From Takakia lepidozioides (taxonomy: Eukaryota; Plantae; Bryophyta): DNA of 64,000 bases. Shown piece by piece: positions 61,501 through 64,000 of this stretch; position 1 is the stretch's first letter, and each line of letters begins with the position of its first letter. The stretch covers positions 15,438,001-15,502,000 of the forward strand of contig CM060732.1 of the NCBI GenBank assembly GCA_030704615.1, written 5' to 3'. A model generated the notes under the pieces. It saw only the letters and a list, made by a program, of their open reading frames with translations. It made no database searches and was not told where the DNA came from. The position numbers and the translations under genes were made by a program.

Positions 61501-64000
61501 ATCCCTGATCCCTCCCTTCGACACGTAGAGACGCTTTTGCTTATACCGGAGCAGTCCATTTTGCAAGTGGAACTGCGATTTAACCCCCATCCTCAAGTCG
61601 TGCATCACGGACTTCGCCAGCTCATCCTTTCGGCAAGCCTTTCGGATCTTCCTTTGGAGCACCGTCTAGCCCTGGTACACCAACATGAGCTGCTGCTTCC
61701 TACTTAAAGCATCGGCCACCACATTGTCCCGTCCCGGTTTGTACTGAATATCCACGTCGAACACCGCCAAAGTATCTTGCCACCTAAGTTGTTTTGGGGA
61801 CAACTTGGGTTGCGTGGCAAAATACTTCACCGTGACATTGTCCGTGAACACCTTCACTGGGCTAGAACCAACATAGTGGCGCCAAAGCTCAAGACAGTGC
61901 ACCGCCGCCTTCATCTCTTTCTCGTGCGTCGGCCACCTTCGCTCCACTTCATTCAGTTTCTTACTTTCGTAAGCCACTGGACGTCCATCTTGCATCAGTA
62001 CACCCCCAATTGCGAAGTCCGACGCATCTGTATGAATCTCGAACAGACGATCGAACTCCGGGATTTTCAGAACTGGAGCTTCCGCCATCCGCTGCTTCAA
62101 TTCAGCAAAAGCTTGGCCACAAAAGGTGTTCCATGCCCAGACTTTGGATTTACACAGAAGGTCTGACAGCGGCCCCGCGATCTTGGTGAAATTTCTCACA
62201 TACTTCCGGTAATAGGAGGCGAGTCCTAGGAAGGATCGCACTCCCGGGACCGAAGTCGGAGGCTCCCAGTCCAAGATTGCCCTCACCTTCCTGTCATCCA
62301 TTTTGATCCCTTCCTGTGTAATCACATGCCCCAGGAACTCTACTTTTGTGACCCCGAATTCGCACATGGAAGCTTTGGCATACAGCTTCCCTTCCCGCAA
62401 TTTTTGGAACACCCTTTTGAGGTGCTCCAGGTGCGAATACACCAAGATGTCATCGATGTACACGATCACAAAGTCATCCAACCACTCCTGGAAGAGACTG
62501 TTCATCAGCGTGCTAAAGGTTGCGGGTGCATTGGTGAGCCCAAAAGGCATCACCAAGAACTCATATGAACCATACCTTGTCCTGCACGCGGTCTTCTCCA
62601 CGTCTCTTTCCGCCACCCGAATTTGATGATAGCCGGAGCGCACGTCGATCCGGCTGAAATACTTCGCTCCTGCCAACCGGTCGAAAGGGTCGTCAATCCT
62701 TGGCAAAGGGTACCGGTTTTTGATAGTCACCTTATTCAAAGCCCTGTAATCGACACACATCCGCAACGTCCCATCCTTCTTGTCTGCGAATAGCACCGGG
62801 GCTCCGTAAGGTGACTTACTCGGCTGGATGTACCCCTTTGACATTAGATCCTTGAGCTGAGTCTTCAGCTCGACCAACTCTCTGTGGCTCAACCGGTAGG
62901 GCGCCTTGGCAGGCGGTTTCGATCCCGGTATCACCTCAATCTTGTGGTCAACTCCTCTTCGCGGTGGCAAGCCGCTTGGTAAATCCTCCGGCATCACATC
63001 CTGGTATTTCTCCAAAATCCCCTTGATCCAATCTGGGCTCGGCTCCCCATCGCCTTCTCCCTTCACTTCTCTAATGTAAAGCAAAAACTGGGGCTCGTGT
63101 GCCTCCTCCATGGCCCACTCCCTTGCTGACAGAAGGTTTATTCGCCCTCCCACGGGTTTGGGCGTTTCCGACACTCATAAGACCTCGCCACCATTCCCAC
63201 ATGGCAGCGTGACTACTCTCTTGCGGCCATCTATGACCGCTCCGGATTTGCTCAAAAAGGTCATCCCCAAAATGAGATCCACTCCATCGATCTCGCAGAT
63301 GGTGAAGTTCTCACGTCCCTCCCAACTCCCCAGTTGAAGAGGGACATCGAACGCCAACCTCGTCGCCAATTGCGGTTCTCCTTTGGCAGAACGCACCTCA
63401 ATGGAGGCCCCCACGTCACTTGTCGGGAGTCCCAGCTTTTGTGCCGTTGCCGGTGTCAGGAAGGAGTGCGACGCTCCTGTGTCCACCAACAATGACACGT
63501 TAGTTCCGGATATTATCCCATCCACGAACAGTAACTGACTCCCTTTACGTAAGGCGCCCGTTTCCTGATACAACTCACAAGAAAATTTGCCTACCTTGCA
63601 AGTCCTCGCGACCACCGCTTCCACTAAGCGACTGATGGTATCTTCCGACAGCTCCGTGGTCGCCCGAGTCATGTTCAATTGTCGGGGTTTGTGCACTTCT
63701 TGGCCATGTGCCCGGGCTCCCCGCAATTGAAACACACTCCATCGAATGTCACCTTCTGTCCACCATAAGGCGCTGCACCTACTTTTCCTTTCGGAGCACC
63801 AGGTGCCGCCTTGACGTGTGAAGGCCCTCCCTTTGATTTCCACGTGCCATTGTCGCTGCGTGGCCTATCCCACTTCTTTTCCGGTCGGAAGGAGTCACCT
63901 TCCCGCCGGGTCTTCTTGTGGTTCAGCTCCGTACGGCCTTGTCTGTCGCCCCTAGGGACATCCGAGAAACATTCAGCCCTCTCAATGGCCTCGTTCAAAG
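58583..64000 (-). mobile_element. Chromovirus (Tcn1-like) Ty3/Gypsy retrotransposon with 3' LTR at 58583-59306; runs off the window
   Basis: gag CFNCGEPGH..C, PR LVDTGA, RT YIDD, RH TDASD, INT VSMDF..TDGQTER, GPF and chromodomain; purine-rich GGTAGGGG next to the LTR. Confidence 0.95.
60210..63843 (-). pseudogene. pol (PR-RT-RH-INT-chromodomain) with stops and frameshifts
   Basis: ORFs 63175..63843, 61666..63174, 61149..61481 and 60210..61043; YEVEAVL..EYLVKWKGY..SW chromodomain. Confidence 0.92.

Overview
Repeat-rich nuclear DNA of a eukaryote, most likely a non-seed land plant (inferred from spliceosomal introns, PLS/DYW-class PPR sequences, a plant-type CENP-O and a chromovirus). Only one clearly intact host gene is present: a 5-exon CENP-O, head-to-head with a UFM1 pseudogene. 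The rest is nested, decayed mobile DNA. Four things stand out. (1) Three paralogous copies of an intron-containing gene family encode a prokaryote-like beta-class amino (N4C/N6A) DNA methyltransferase fold. The most complete copy has an N-terminal ParB/Srx-like domain (WDGNHR), and each copy carries its own array of 18-22-bp palindromes, including in the equivalent intron, suggesting a ParB/parS-like methyltransferase module. (2) A Ty3/Gypsy retrotransposon carries a DNMT3-like C5 cytosine methyltransferase between protease and RT, plus a PHD finger after integrase. (3) A Pack-CACTA with an AGA target-site duplication, and two further CACTA ends, carry PPR fragments linked to OSB-type PDF ssDNA-binding motifs. 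(4) A divergent pair of unknown paralogous ORFs has start codons forming a hairpin around one of the palindromes. All calls come from motif reading by eye, with no database searches; boundaries of decayed elements are approximate.
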